DNA of 58,315 nt, from contig CAZJAM010000004.1 in the NCBI GenBank assembly GCA_964544095.1, forward strand, positions 1 through 58,315, written 5' to 3'. A model generated the notes under the pieces. That model had not been told where the DNA came from and did no database searches. It saw only the letters and a program-made list of their open reading frames with translations. Both the position numbers and the translations under genes were made by a program. This document shows positions 9,729 through 19,387 of the stretch, one piece after another. Source of the stretch: an uncultured Anaeroplasmataceae bacterium. Its GTDB lineage: Bacteria > Bacillota_I > Bacilli_A > Acholeplasmatales > Anaeroplasmataceae. How positions within the stretch are numbered: position 1 is the stretch's first letter; each line of letters begins with the position of its first letter.

Positions 9729-10490
9729 TTACCCCCTATGAGCTTCTAAGACAATACTTCTATAATTTAGTTTTATAGTCTTTCTTTTTGATATTACAGA
9801 TATAAATTCAATATTACCAGAACCACCCTTTATAGGAGATGGGGCAAGTTTATTAATATAAAGTCCCATAGATTCTAAAAAGTCTGATACTTGGTTTAAT
9901 ACTTTAAGGTGTATAGTTTTATCTTTTATAACACCCTTTCCTATCATCTTACCAACCTCAAACTGAGGTTTTATTAGGCAAATAAGTGAATTATTATCAT
10001 TTAAGAATTTAATAATGCCAGGTATTACATGTTCTATTGATACGAATGATACATCCATTACAAGATAGTCAAATGTTTCATCACATTTAAAATCTAGGAT
10101 ATTAGTATTTTCAAATAGATGTACTCTTTTATCCAGACGAAGAGTGGGATGCATTTGATTACACCCAACATCTACAGCTACTACCTCCCTTGCGCCATTT
10201 TGAAGGGCACAGTCTGTAAATCCACCTGTTGAAGAACCTATATCTAAAATCACCTTATCAGAAAAATCAATTCTAAATTTTTCTAGTGCTCCCTCAAGCT
10301 TATATCCACCACGTGATACATACTTAAGTGAATTAAAAGCTACTTCTACAATGTCTTTATCACATACATCATATGATGGCTTATCACAAACCTTACCATT
10401 TACTAAAATAGAATGGTCCTTAATAGCTTGGGCTGCTTTATTTCTTGATTCAAATTTCATATTTATTACAAGATACAAATCAATTCTCAT
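9729..10490 (-). CDS. tlyA: TlyA-family rRNA 2'-O-ribose methyltransferase (S4 domain plus FtsJ fold)
   Basis: The N-terminal S4-like segment is MRIDLYLV...SRNKAAQAIK...VNGKV, and the SAM motif is DIGSSTGGFTDC. It occupies the conserved position between dxs and recN. Confidence 0.85.
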   Translation of the reverse strand: MRIDLYLVINMKFESRNKAAQAIKDHSILVNGKVCDKPSYDVCDKDIVEVAFNSLKYVSRGGYKLEGALEKFRIDFSDKVILDIGSSTGGFTDCALQNGAREVVAVDVGCNQMHPTLRLDKRVHLFENTNILDFKCDETFDYLVMDVSFVSIEHVIPGIIKFLNDNNSLICLIKPQFEVGKMIGKGVIKDKTIHLKVLNQVSDFLESMGLYINKLAPSPIKGGSGNIEFISVISKRKTIKLNYRSIVLEAHRG

Positions 10491-12354
10491 ATAAACTCTT
10501 TAATCCTTTTACTATATCCGCATCCCCAAGAGAGTAAGCGTCAAGTACTTTTGATACCTCACCAAATCTAATAATAGTGTCTTCACATATATTTATACCC
10601 ACTACCTTAGATGTTTTACTAAATTTATTTTTAAAATCTATAATTTTTGAATAAAGTGAACCATTTTCTACTACTTGTTCGTATACAAGTATTGGTAAAT
10701 TAGAATCAAACAGCTGATTTAACATATCTATATCCATTGGTCTTATAAATCTTGCGTTTATAAGAGTTATAGATAAATTATTCTCAATAATCAAATTCTT
10801 AATTCTTACAACATCAGGTCCATATGTAATACATATTCCAATATGACCATCTAATACTTTAACCCAAGTTTTTTCAAGTGGTTCAATTGAATTATCAAAA
10901 TTAACCATATCAGTTCTTTTTGGATAACGAATAGCGATTGGACCATTATGAGACATTGCGTATTTAAGCATAGACCTCATCTCACGTCCGTTAGATGGCA
11001 TAAGTATTTCAAAATTTGGCATACCTTGTAACATAGATAGGTCATAAATACCTTGGTGTGTTGAACCATCAGGCCCAATTACACCACATCTATCAATACC
11101 TATAACTACATTTGCGTTCTGACGTGCTATATCATTAAGTATAAAATCATATGCACGTTGCAGGAATGTTGAATAATATAATATTACTGCCTTTTCACCA
11201 GCTCTTGATAATCCTGAGGCAAGTATTGCCCCATGCTCTTCAGATATTCCAATATCTAAAATAAAGTCAGTATATTTAGAATTATATTCCTTAATATAAT
11301 CACCTAAAATCATGGCAGGATCAATAATAGTAAATCTTTGTTCACTTCTTAAATTAAGTAATGTCTTTAATACAATATCAGTATATGTATATTCACCCTC
11401 AATTAAAGGATTCTTTGGAAGTCCTGTCTTAATATCAAATGGACCTACATTATGGAATCTTCCACTCTTATCGTTCATTGCAAGTTCATATCCCTTACCT
11501 TTTTCTGTAATTATATGAATTAAAACAGATCTATTTTTTATCTTTTTAACACGTTTAAAATCACGAATAAGTTCAAATAAATCATTTCCATTATAAGGGC
11601 CGAAATAATCATAACCAAGTGCAGTAAATGAATTATTTGATTGAAGCATTGATTTAAAACCATTATTTATTTTGTGGAAAAAATTTCTAATAGGTACTAT
11701 AGATATCTTTTTAATAAATGTTTTTAATCCTCTTACAAAAGCATTAGATCTTAATTTATCAAGTGATTTATGAAGTGAACCTACACTTTGAGATATTCCC
11801 ATCTTATTATCATTTAATACTATAATAGCTCTTGAACCACTCTTCTTTTCTCCAAGAACATTAAGGCTTTCAAATGCAGCCCCATTAGCCATTGCGCTAT
11901 CTCCTATAATCGCAACACATTCTCCAATATCTTGTCCCATATCTTTAGCACGCAAAAACCCCTCCATTGCGCCAATAGAGGTTGAACTATGCCCAGATTC
12001 CCAAGCATCATATTTAGATTCACTATAACTAGGATATCCACTAAGTCCATTAAACTTCCTTAAGTTCTTAAAATTCTTAGCACGTCCTGTTAATATTTTG
12101 TGGGTATAAGTTTGATGTCCTACATCAAATATAAGCTTATCGTTTGAAGAAGAGAAAACATAATGTAGTGCTACTTCTAGTTCTACAGCACCAAGATTAG
12201 AGGATAGATGTCCACCTGTTTCTGAAACATTATCTAATATAAATTTTCTTATATCTTCGCAAAGAAGCTTAAGCTCCTTTTTAGATAAGTCCTTTAAAAA
12301 ACTAGGGTCTTCTATTTCCTCTAAGTTTATATGTTTAATTATCTTCTTTGACAA
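10480..12354 (-). CDS. dxs: 1-deoxy-D-xylulose-5-phosphate synthase (MEP pathway)
   Basis: 624 aa. Motifs seen are GGHLSSNLGAVELEVALH and the ThDP motif GDSAMANGAAFESLN. The start codon is TTG and the gene overlaps the xseB stop by 20 nt. Confidence 0.93.
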   Translation of the reverse strand: MSKKIIKHINLEEIEDPSFLKDLSKKELKLLCEDIRKFILDNVSETGGHLSSNLGAVELEVALHYVFSSSNDKLIFDVGHQTYTHKILTGRAKNFKNLRKFNGLSGYPSYSESKYDAWESGHSSTSIGAMEGFLRAKDMGQDIGECVAIIGDSAMANGAAFESLNVLGEKKSGSRAIIVLNDNKMGISQSVGSLHKSLDKLRSNAFVRGLKTFIKKISIVPIRNFFHKINNGFKSMLQSNNSFTALGYDYFGPYNGNDLFELIRDFKRVKKIKNRSVLIHIITEKGKGYELAMNDKSGRFHNVGPFDIKTGLPKNPLIEGEYTYTDIVLKTLLNLRSEQRFTIIDPAMILGDYIKEYNSKYTDFILDIGISEEHGAILASGLSRAGEKAVILYYSTFLQRAYDFILNDIARQNANVVIGIDRCGVIGPDGSTHQGIYDLSMLQGMPNFEILMPSNGREMRSMLKYAMSHNGPIAIRYPKRTDMVNFDNSIEPLEKTWVKVLDGHIGICITYGPDVVRIKNLIIENNLSITLINARFIRPMDIDMLNQLFDSNLPILVYEQVVENGSLYSKIIDFKNKFSKTSKVVGINICEDTIIRFGEVSKVLDAYSLGDADIVKGLKSLYEN

Positions 12355-12559
12355 AATCTTCTAGACCGCTTTCACTCATCTTTTTAACTACAAGCTTTTC
12401 ATTTGTACCAAGAATATCATAACACTTCTTAGATAGTTCAAGACCACGAGTATAGTCTTTTACTGCCTCATCAAGTGATATATCTTTATTTTCTAAGTTC
12501 TTTACAGTATTTTCAAGTTCAGTTAAAAGTTCTTCAAAACTCTTATTTTCCTTCTCCAT
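12335..12559 (-). CDS. xseB: Exodeoxyribonuclease VII small subunit
   Basis: 74 aa helical protein (SFEELLTELE...LDEAV..Y..G..L) located immediately after xseA. Confidence 0.85.
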   Translation of the reverse strand: MEKENKSFEELLTELENTVKNLENKDISLDEAVKDYTRGLELSKKCYDILGTNEKLVVKKMSESGLEDFVKEDN

Positions 12560-13898
12560 TACTTACTACCTCCAATACCTTAGCCTTAATGTCTCCATCT
12601 TTCATAGATACATCTATTAGACTATCTTTTTTAACCATTTTTACACTTCTTATTGCCTTTCCATTTACTCTTGGAATAGAATATCCCTTATCCATAAGAT
12701 TTAATGGAGATAAGGCGTTAAGTTTTTCTTTATAAATATTAAATTCATTTGTTTTGTTTTGAATAACAATATTAATATTCTTATTTAATAATTTAAGATT
12801 TCTTCTTAACCCATCCCTTTTATCATTAATAATATTTAATGGATTATTAAGTAAAAATCTTTTATTTAACGCATCATAAGCTATACGCTCTTGATACAAT
12901 ATATTATTCATTTGATTATTAAGTCTATTAATTAAAGATTTTAAATCTTTCTTATTTTGAATAATTTTATTTCCAGGAGAAGCATTATCAAGCCTCTCAT
13001 CAAGATGCATAAGTTTAACCTTATAATTTTCAATCTTATTTTTAAGATCTTTATACATAATATAAACTTTTGTCAAAATCTCATTACGAAGCTCTACAAC
13101 ATCTGGTGTTGCAAGTTCTGCTGCCGCAGTTGGTGTAGGCGCTCTTAAATCAGACACATAATCTGATATTGTAAAATCTATTTCATGACCAATTCCTGTA
13201 ATAACTGGAATACTCGAATTATAAATCGCAAGGGCTACTATTTTTTCATTAAATGCCCATAAATCCTCTATAGAGCCTCCACCACGACCAACAATAAGTG
13301 TATCTGCTAGATTATCTTTATTTGCCTGTTCAATCATTTTTACAATATTTTGTTTTGCGTCAGGTCCTTGAACAATGGCCGGATATAATATAACCCTTGT
13401 AAAAGGATATCTACGATTAATTGTATTGATTATATCTCTTATAGCGGCTCCTGTAGGAGATGTTATAACTCCTATAGTTTGGGGAATACGTTTAATCTTC
13501 CTTTTGTGGCTAACATCAAAATAGCCTTCCTGCATCATTTCTTTTTTAAGACGTTCAAATTGAAGCATTAAATCTCCAATTCCATCACTCTTCATCTCAG
13601 TAATGTTTATAGAATATGTACCTGATGGTTCATATACTGTAACCTTACCACGAACAAATACCTTCATACCATCTTTTGGCTCAAATAGCACTTTTGAGGC
13701 ATATGAGGAAAACATTGCGCAAGAAATTGCGGCTTTTTCATCTTTTAAAGAAAAATAGAAATGTCCCTTTTGATTATGCTTAAAGTTTGATATTTCACCT
13801 TGCAGTAAAACTGATTGAAGATGCCTATCACAATCAAACTTATATTTAATATATTTAGTTAACGCCGATACTGTTAAATAATCAGTATTTTCTTCCAT
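12543..13898 (-). CDS. xseA: Exodeoxyribonuclease VII large subunit
   Basis: 451 aa with an N-terminal OB fold (LQGEISNFKHNQKGHFYFSLKD), a catalytic core (GRGGGSIEDLWAFN) and a C-terminal coiled coil. Confidence 0.93.
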   Translation of the reverse strand: MEENTDYLTVSALTKYIKYKFDCDRHLQSVLLQGEISNFKHNQKGHFYFSLKDEKAAISCAMFSSYASKVLFEPKDGMKVFVRGKVTVYEPSGTYSINITEMKSDGIGDLMLQFERLKKEMMQEGYFDVSHKRKIKRIPQTIGVITSPTGAAIRDIINTINRRYPFTRVILYPAIVQGPDAKQNIVKMIEQANKDNLADTLIVGRGGGSIEDLWAFNEKIVALAIYNSSIPVITGIGHEIDFTISDYVSDLRAPTPTAAAELATPDVVELRNEILTKVYIMYKDLKNKIENYKVKLMHLDERLDNASPGNKIIQNKKDLKSLINRLNNQMNNILYQERIAYDALNKRFLLNNPLNIINDKRDGLRRNLKLLNKNINIVIQNKTNEFNIYKEKLNALSPLNLMDKGYSIPRVNGKAIRSVKMVKKDSLIDVSMKDGDIKAKVLEVVSNGEGK

Positions 13899-13905
13899 TA
13901 TATCC

Positions 13906-14301
13906 CTACTTACCTAAATATTTCTTTATATTATCTAAAACTTTATTATTAAATTTAACCTCTTTAGAATCTCCTGCATCTGTATATAGCTTTGTAATCT
14001 CTAAAGCTTCATTAATTGCGATTGCAGGGGCAACAATGTCATTCTTCATTTCGTATGTCGCAAGTTCAATAATTGATCTATCAACAACGTTAAGTCTATT
14101 AATTGTATAACCAACAAGTGAATTAGAAATAACCTCATCAATCGCTTTAATATCATTCATTGTTTGTAGTGCGTATTTTAAAGCTATTTCATCATCGTAT
14201 ATAATAGAGGCCGCAACTGAAGCTGCATCAGTATTATTCATATGACATGAATATATAACTTTAATAGCCTCAATTCTTGAATCTCTTATTGTTTTTGCCA
14301 T
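13906..14301 (-). CDS. nusB: Transcription antitermination factor NusB
   Basis: NusB-like helical protein at the head of the conserved nusB-xseAB-dxs block. The ATG at 14301 lies 9 nt after GGAG, and the ORF-track start 14316 is a TTG within or near the RBS. Confidence 0.85.
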   Translation of the reverse strand: MAKTIRDSRIEAIKVIYSCHMNNTDAASVAASIIYDDEIALKYALQTMNDIKAIDEVISNSLVGYTINRLNVVDRSIIELATYEMKNDIVAPAIAINEALEITKLYTDAGDSKEVKFNNKVLDNIKKYLGK

Positions 14302-14329
14302 ATTAATCATCTCCAAAATATATAATTCT

Positions 14330-14338
14330 ATTATATCA
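14330..14338 (-). promoter_or_regulatory. Extended -10 element (TGaTATAAT) upstream of nusB
   Basis: The minus strand reads TGATATAAT about 25 nt upstream of the nusB start. Confidence 0.35.
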
Positions 14339-14403
14339 TAAGAAAAAATTATATAAAGAAAAAAAGATGTGAATTAGTAAATTAAATCACTATATCACAC
14401 CTT

Positions 14404-17400
14404 TTAACTCAGAGCATTATAACTCTTTATTAATGAATCAATTGTATCATTTTGTTTTAATATATCACCGCATATTACATCTACTCCTATTTCATGAAGT
14501 TTTGTAATATCATCCTTCGATTTAATATTTAAACCATACATTAAAATATCAAGACTATCAAGAGATTTCTTTAAAGCTTTTATTGTATCAAAAGAATAAA
14601 TATTTAAATCACATAAATATATATTAAGTTTGTTCCTTACACAATAATCAAATGAACTTGAGGCAAGATGAACACCTATAGTTTTTAAATAAAGTTCAAG
14701 CTCTATTGAAGATTTGGTTGTATCCTCAATAATATTAAATGATAATACTTGAGGTGGTATATGAAAATATTTAAGCTTTTGTTCTAAATATGTTTTAAAT
14801 CTTTTATCTAAAAGTACTGATTTATGAATAGATATTAATAAAGGATAATAAACCTTACATTTATCATAAAATGTTTTTAGTTCAAAAAGCGCAGTAGTAA
14901 TTATATACCTATCAAACATCTTTTTAATATTTCTTTTTTCTACTACATCATAGAAATATTTTTCATCACAATCAAACATTAAAAGATTTGGTCTTGGAAT
15001 ATAATATTCAATTGTACCCTCATCTGCGTTTGCCATTTGTTTATAATTAAGCTTAAGCTCATTTTGATCTATTGCCTCAGTACAATAAAGTATAATTTGA
15101 GAATCTCTAAATCTTTCAAGCGCTCTATCTTTATCATAAATCATTACATCCATATCGTTACTATCATATGCATCAAGGAGTGCCTCTGAAGCATTAGATA
15201 TAGCTCTCAGATAATCAACATTACCCATTGATTTAGTATATCTAAACACACCAGCCTTAAGAGATAAGTGAAGACGTGGGTTTGTTTTATATGCTATTTC
15301 TTTTATTTTGGTTAAAATATTAGAAACCCTTGTCTTTATACCTCTTAGGTCATTAACCTGCTTGAATAATAACATAAATTTATCATTTTCAAGGTGGTAA
15401 CAATCCATATCCTTTGATATCATATCTTTTAATATTCTACCTATTAAAAGAGTTAAATCATCCGCAAACTTATATCCATAAATATCAAAATATGTATTAT
15501 AGTTCTTATTAGAAATAAGCGCTATCGCATACTTTTTAGTTTCAATCTCACTCATTAAATCAATATATAACATACTCTTATTTTTAAGATGTGATATTTG
15601 ATTATTATAAGCCTTATTCTCTAAATCTTTTTCTATAGCCTCTCTTCCAGATTCATCTGTTATAATTGAATATATTTCTAAGACAGCATCATCTAATACC
15701 ATAATATCTTCTTTTAAATATTTACCCTTAATATGATAATATATTGTAGCTTCTTTTATTTCTCGCTCATATATTCTTCTATATGTACCCTTATATAGAG
15801 GTAGGTCAGATGCATCTATTAAAGCCATATATTCACTATCTTCATAAAACTTATTTCTAACATCAAGAATAGACTTGGCAGTTTCATTAAGTTCTATTTC
15901 TTTATCGCGCTCAATCTTAAGTCCTGATTTTGAATGTGCAAAAATAAAATCATGCATCTTATTTTCATGAGATCTATCATAAGAATCATAAAGCTCATTT
16001 ATATGAATATTTAAAACAGATGTAAGCATTTTTAATGTTTCATAAATATAGATATCTTTAAATTCGGTAGTCATAAAATTATAAGTAATTGCGCCTATAA
16101 CTTTATCATTACGGAATAGTGAGAATCCTATTAAGGATTTGAATTTATCCTCAAAAGGAAGTCCTGTAATTATAGATTTATCAAATAAAGATTGTTTAAC
16201 ATCAAGAAGTAACATTTTATCGCTATTATTTAAAAGTTCATAGAATGGACTATCTTTTATAACCGAATCAGAAAAATTCTTTTCATAAACTCTTTCTACT
16301 TTATAATAAAAACCTTCTCTATTATTATTTAAGACTATAACTATTTCTACCTTAGAATATAGTTTATCTATCTCCATACCATAATTTCTTAATATATCCC
16401 TAAATCTTACTCCTTTATTAGGATTTAAGGCAGATAAAACGCCCTCAAGAGATTTAAATCTTTCTGAAATCATAATAGGAGTTTCTTCTATGTTTGATAC
16501 AACCTCAGTGAAGTGTGATTTATCATTATCTCCTTTTTTATAAGATATATGAATAGTATCATTATCAAGATTATCTGGCGATATTTCATCTTCTATTATA
16601 TTAAGATTTATGCTTTTTCTCTTTTCCTTCTTTAAATCCTTCTTCTCAGCTTTAAATGCTTCATTAAGCTCATTTATCTTAGCTTCATATTCCTCAATAC
16701 CAAATCTATTAGCTATAGCCTCTGATACTTTAAGCGCAGTACGTGCAAACTCTAACGCTACACCTTTTGATGCACCCTCATATATATCATGATATTCAGA
16801 TTCAAAAATCATAGCTTTTCTATTTTCTTTATTTAAAAGATATATTTTTAATACAATAGTTGCGCATTTAATTTTAGAATCTATATCAATATTCTTATCC
16901 TTTATAAATTCACTAATAAAGCTTAAAGCCAAATCATATTTATAAGATTGGAAATACATTTGTGCCATTTGCGTCTTTAGTTTAAATATTTTTTCATATG
17001 AAAAACTTTTTTCATAAAAGCTCAAAAGTTTATTATATGCATCAAAAAAATTGTCAAATTCATTATCATAAAATAATAAATCCTTTAACTTTTCTAAAGC
17101 ACTAATTCTATTTTCATTTGAAATATCCTCACCTAAATATTGAGTAATAGTTCTTTTTAATTCAATCCTATTTGATACATTATCATAATATTTAATCATA
17201 TCGTAAAGATATTTATCCTTATCGATAGTTTTTAAATGCTCATTTTTTATATCAATATATTTAAGTGCTTGATCGTTATTATCATTATATAAAAATATTT
17301 CAATTAATGAATCACATAAAGAAATTATTGAGTCATTATCATAATTTTTAAACTGTGATGTAAGTGGTAAAAGAATGCGAAGTGCATCCTTATCCTTATC

Positions 17401-17544
17401 GCTTATATGAAGAATATGACATTTAAAGGCAATAGCTTTTAAAAATTCATATGATGACTCTTCCTTATCACGAAGGAACATATCAATTTTTTTTATTGAC
17501 TTTTTATCTTCCTCAAGTGATAAAACCTCATCTAATGTCATCAT
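14404..17544 (-). CDS. Large multidomain signalling-type protein: TPR-like helical repeats, coiled coil, GAF-like, PAS-like, degenerate GGDEF and degenerate EAL domains
   Basis: 1046 aa. The C-terminal third aligns with a GGDEF-EAL tandem, but the GGDEF position reads ENDKF, the EAL position reads EYY (TIEYYIPRP) and the DDFGTG position reads SSFDYC. The start overlaps the ysnB-like stop as TAATG, with AAGGAG 7 nt upstream. Confidence 0.6.
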   Translation of the reverse strand: MMTLDEVLSLEEDKKSIKKIDMFLRDKEESSYEFLKAIAFKCHILHISDKDKDALRILLPLTSQFKNYDNDSIISLCDSLIEIFLYNDNNDQALKYIDIKNEHLKTIDKDKYLYDMIKYYDNVSNRIELKRTITQYLGEDISNENRISALEKLKDLLFYDNEFDNFFDAYNKLLSFYEKSFSYEKIFKLKTQMAQMYFQSYKYDLALSFISEFIKDKNIDIDSKIKCATIVLKIYLLNKENRKAMIFESEYHDIYEGASKGVALEFARTALKVSEAIANRFGIEEYEAKINELNEAFKAEKKDLKKEKRKSINLNIIEDEISPDNLDNDTIHISYKKGDNDKSHFTEVVSNIEETPIMISERFKSLEGVLSALNPNKGVRFRDILRNYGMEIDKLYSKVEIVIVLNNNREGFYYKVERVYEKNFSDSVIKDSPFYELLNNSDKMLLLDVKQSLFDKSIITGLPFEDKFKSLIGFSLFRNDKVIGAITYNFMTTEFKDIYIYETLKMLTSVLNIHINELYDSYDRSHENKMHDFIFAHSKSGLKIERDKEIELNETAKSILDVRNKFYEDSEYMALIDASDLPLYKGTYRRIYEREIKEATIYYHIKGKYLKEDIMVLDDAVLEIYSIITDESGREAIEKDLENKAYNNQISHLKNKSMLYIDLMSEIETKKYAIALISNKNYNTYFDIYGYKFADDLTLLIGRILKDMISKDMDCYHLENDKFMLLFKQVNDLRGIKTRVSNILTKIKEIAYKTNPRLHLSLKAGVFRYTKSMGNVDYLRAISNASEALLDAYDSNDMDVMIYDKDRALERFRDSQIILYCTEAIDQNELKLNYKQMANADEGTIEYYIPRPNLLMFDCDEKYFYDVVEKRNIKKMFDRYIITTALFELKTFYDKCKVYYPLLISIHKSVLLDKRFKTYLEQKLKYFHIPPQVLSFNIIEDTTKSSIELELYLKTIGVHLASSSFDYCVRNKLNIYLCDLNIYSFDTIKALKKSLDSLDILMYGLNIKSKDDITKLHEIGVDVICGDILKQNDTIDSLIKSYNALS

Positions 17545-17978
17545 TAAATCTCCTTAAACATTATCTCGTCATTCTCAATAACACAATATTCACGTCCATA
17601 CTTTAAAGAGCCTGGATTTATAAATATAATTCCATTTTCTTTAAAACAAGCACGAATGTGAGTATGCCCATAAAACACATAATCACACCCTAGTTCCATA
17701 GCTTTATAATAAAGATTCATAACTCCAAGTTTTACTTTATATTTATGACCATGAGTTACAAATATCTTCTTACCATCAATTTCTAATAATAAATCCTCTT
17801 TATCACTATGTATGTCACAATTACCATCTACATAATTTATATTATACTTATCAAGGATTTTTCTATTTACACAATAATCACCACAATGAATTACCGTATA
17901 TCCCTTATATTTTTTTATTAACTCTTCCATTAAAGTGATATCATGATGTGTATCACTTATTATTAATAAATTCCTCAT
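17544..17978 (-). CDS. YfcE/YsnB-family metallophosphoesterase
   Basis: 144 aa with motifs ISDTHH, HCGDY, GNCD, THGH and GHTH. It follows rdgB, as in the Bacillus rph-ysnA-ysnB arrangement. Confidence 0.85.
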   Translation of the reverse strand: MRNLLIISDTHHDITLMEELIKKYKGYTVIHCGDYCVNRKILDKYNINYVDGNCDIHSDKEDLLLEIDGKKIFVTHGHKYKVKLGVMNLYYKAMELGCDYVFYGHTHIRACFKENGIIFINPGSLKYGREYCVIENDEIMFKEI

Positions 17979-18546
17979 ATAATCCCTTTAACTCCTCTAG
18001 TGCCTTAGCTCTATGAGAAATAGTATTCTTCTCTTCTAAAGTGATTTCAGCCATTGTACGATTGAATTTTTCAATAAAGAAATATGGATCATAACCAAAT
18101 CCATTATTACCCCTTGGAGTATCAATGATTTCACCATCGCACATTGCCTTAGTAATTATATGCTCACCATTTGGTTTACATAAACATATTGCGCATACAT
18201 AATGAGCATTACGATTTTTAACATTTTTAATATTTTTCATAAGAAGAGCGTTATTATGGCTATCATTATGTTCTGGGCCTGCATAACGAGCACTATATAC
18301 TCCAGGTTCTCCATTAAGTCCATCACATACAAGCCCTGAATCATCAGCTATTGCCAACTCATTTGTAAGTTCTGCGATTGCCTTAGCTTTAATTAAAGCA
18401 TTTTCTTCAAATGTTTTACCATTCTCTTCTATATCTATATCTATTCCCTTTTCTTTTAATGATTTAAGCACAATATTTGAATGCTCAAATATTTTTTTAA
18501 ATTCTTTAATTTTATTTTGATTGTTAGAAGCAATTATTATTTCCAT
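17953..18546 (-). CDS. rdgB: Non-canonical purine NTP pyrophosphatase (RdgB/HAM1 family)
   Basis: 197 aa with motifs IIIASNNQNKIKEF, DSGL and FGYDPYF. Confidence 0.9.
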   Translation of the reverse strand: MEIIIASNNQNKIKEFKKIFEHSNIVLKSLKEKGIDIDIEENGKTFEENALIKAKAIAELTNELAIADDSGLVCDGLNGEPGVYSARYAGPEHNDSHNNALLMKNIKNVKNRNAHYVCAICLCKPNGEHIITKAMCDGEIIDTPRGNNGFGYDPYFFIEKFNRTMAEITLEEKNTISHRAKALEELKGLYEEFINNK

Positions 18547-18631
18547 TTATATACACCAACCTACTCTCATTTTAACACATTGTTTATTAAAAATAAATAA
18601 ACTATGCTATAATTAAGCGTAGGTGAATTAT

Positions 18632-19387
18632 ATGGATTTTAACAAAATATTTCAAAGTTTAAAAAAGCCATCTGTAGTAAAAGCATTTTTATTTATACTA
18701 TTATACTTTTTAATAATGTTTTTATTCTCAAACTTATTCCTTGAAGAATGGTTTTTAAAAATATGTGAGAATGTATCTAAAATTAATAGTGCTAATTGGA
18801 GTCAAAGTACAAATTGCAATATAAGTGCGTTATATAATCTTCTTATTTATATAATATTATTTATACCACTTTTAATAGGATATTCATTTGAACTATCACA
18901 TGATTATTATCATCTTGTATCTACTCCACTTTATAAAAAATTCTTTTTAAAATCACTTGGAATATTCTATCTTGCAAGTATATTCGGAAATCTTATTTCA
19001 AACTTAATTTATAGCGATAGTGAATCAGTAAATCAGATTACAATTAGTGTTATTGTAAATAATAACATATTCTGTTTTGCGGTAATGTTTATAACAGTTG
19101 GAATTATCGGACCTATAGTTGAAGAGCTTATATTTAGGCAAGCTTTCTTTGATATATTTCAAAACAAATATGCCTCAATAATTATATCAACCATTTTTTT
19201 CGCTTCCATTCATCTAACCACATCATCTGGCTCACTATTATATATGGTATCAATTTCAATACCTTATCTTGTAAGTGGTCTTGTGTTTGGTATAATTTAT
19301 GAAAAAAGCCATAGAAATATATGGCTTACAATACTTGTTCATGGACTATCAAATATCATTTCATTAATACTTATAGTTTTAATTTAG
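18632..19387 (+). CDS. CPBP-family (CAAX/Abi) intramembrane metalloprotease
   Basis: Polytopic membrane protein with EELIFRQ (EExxxR), FFASIHL (FxxxH) and HGLSN motifs. The ATG at 18632 lies 5 nt after AGGTGA, and the ORF-track start 18623 is a GTG inside the RBS. Confidence 0.8.
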   Translation: MDFNKIFQSLKKPSVVKAFLFILLYFLIMFLFSNLFLEEWFLKICENVSKINSANWSQSTNCNISALYNLLIYIILFIPLLIGYSFELSHDYYHLVSTPLYKKFFLKSLGIFYLASIFGNLISNLIYSDSESVNQITISVIVNNNIFCFAVMFITVGIIGPIVEELIFRQAFFDIFQNKYASIIISTIFFASIHLTTSSGSLLYMVSISIPYLVSGLVFGIIYEKSHRNIWLTILVHGLSNIISLILIVLI

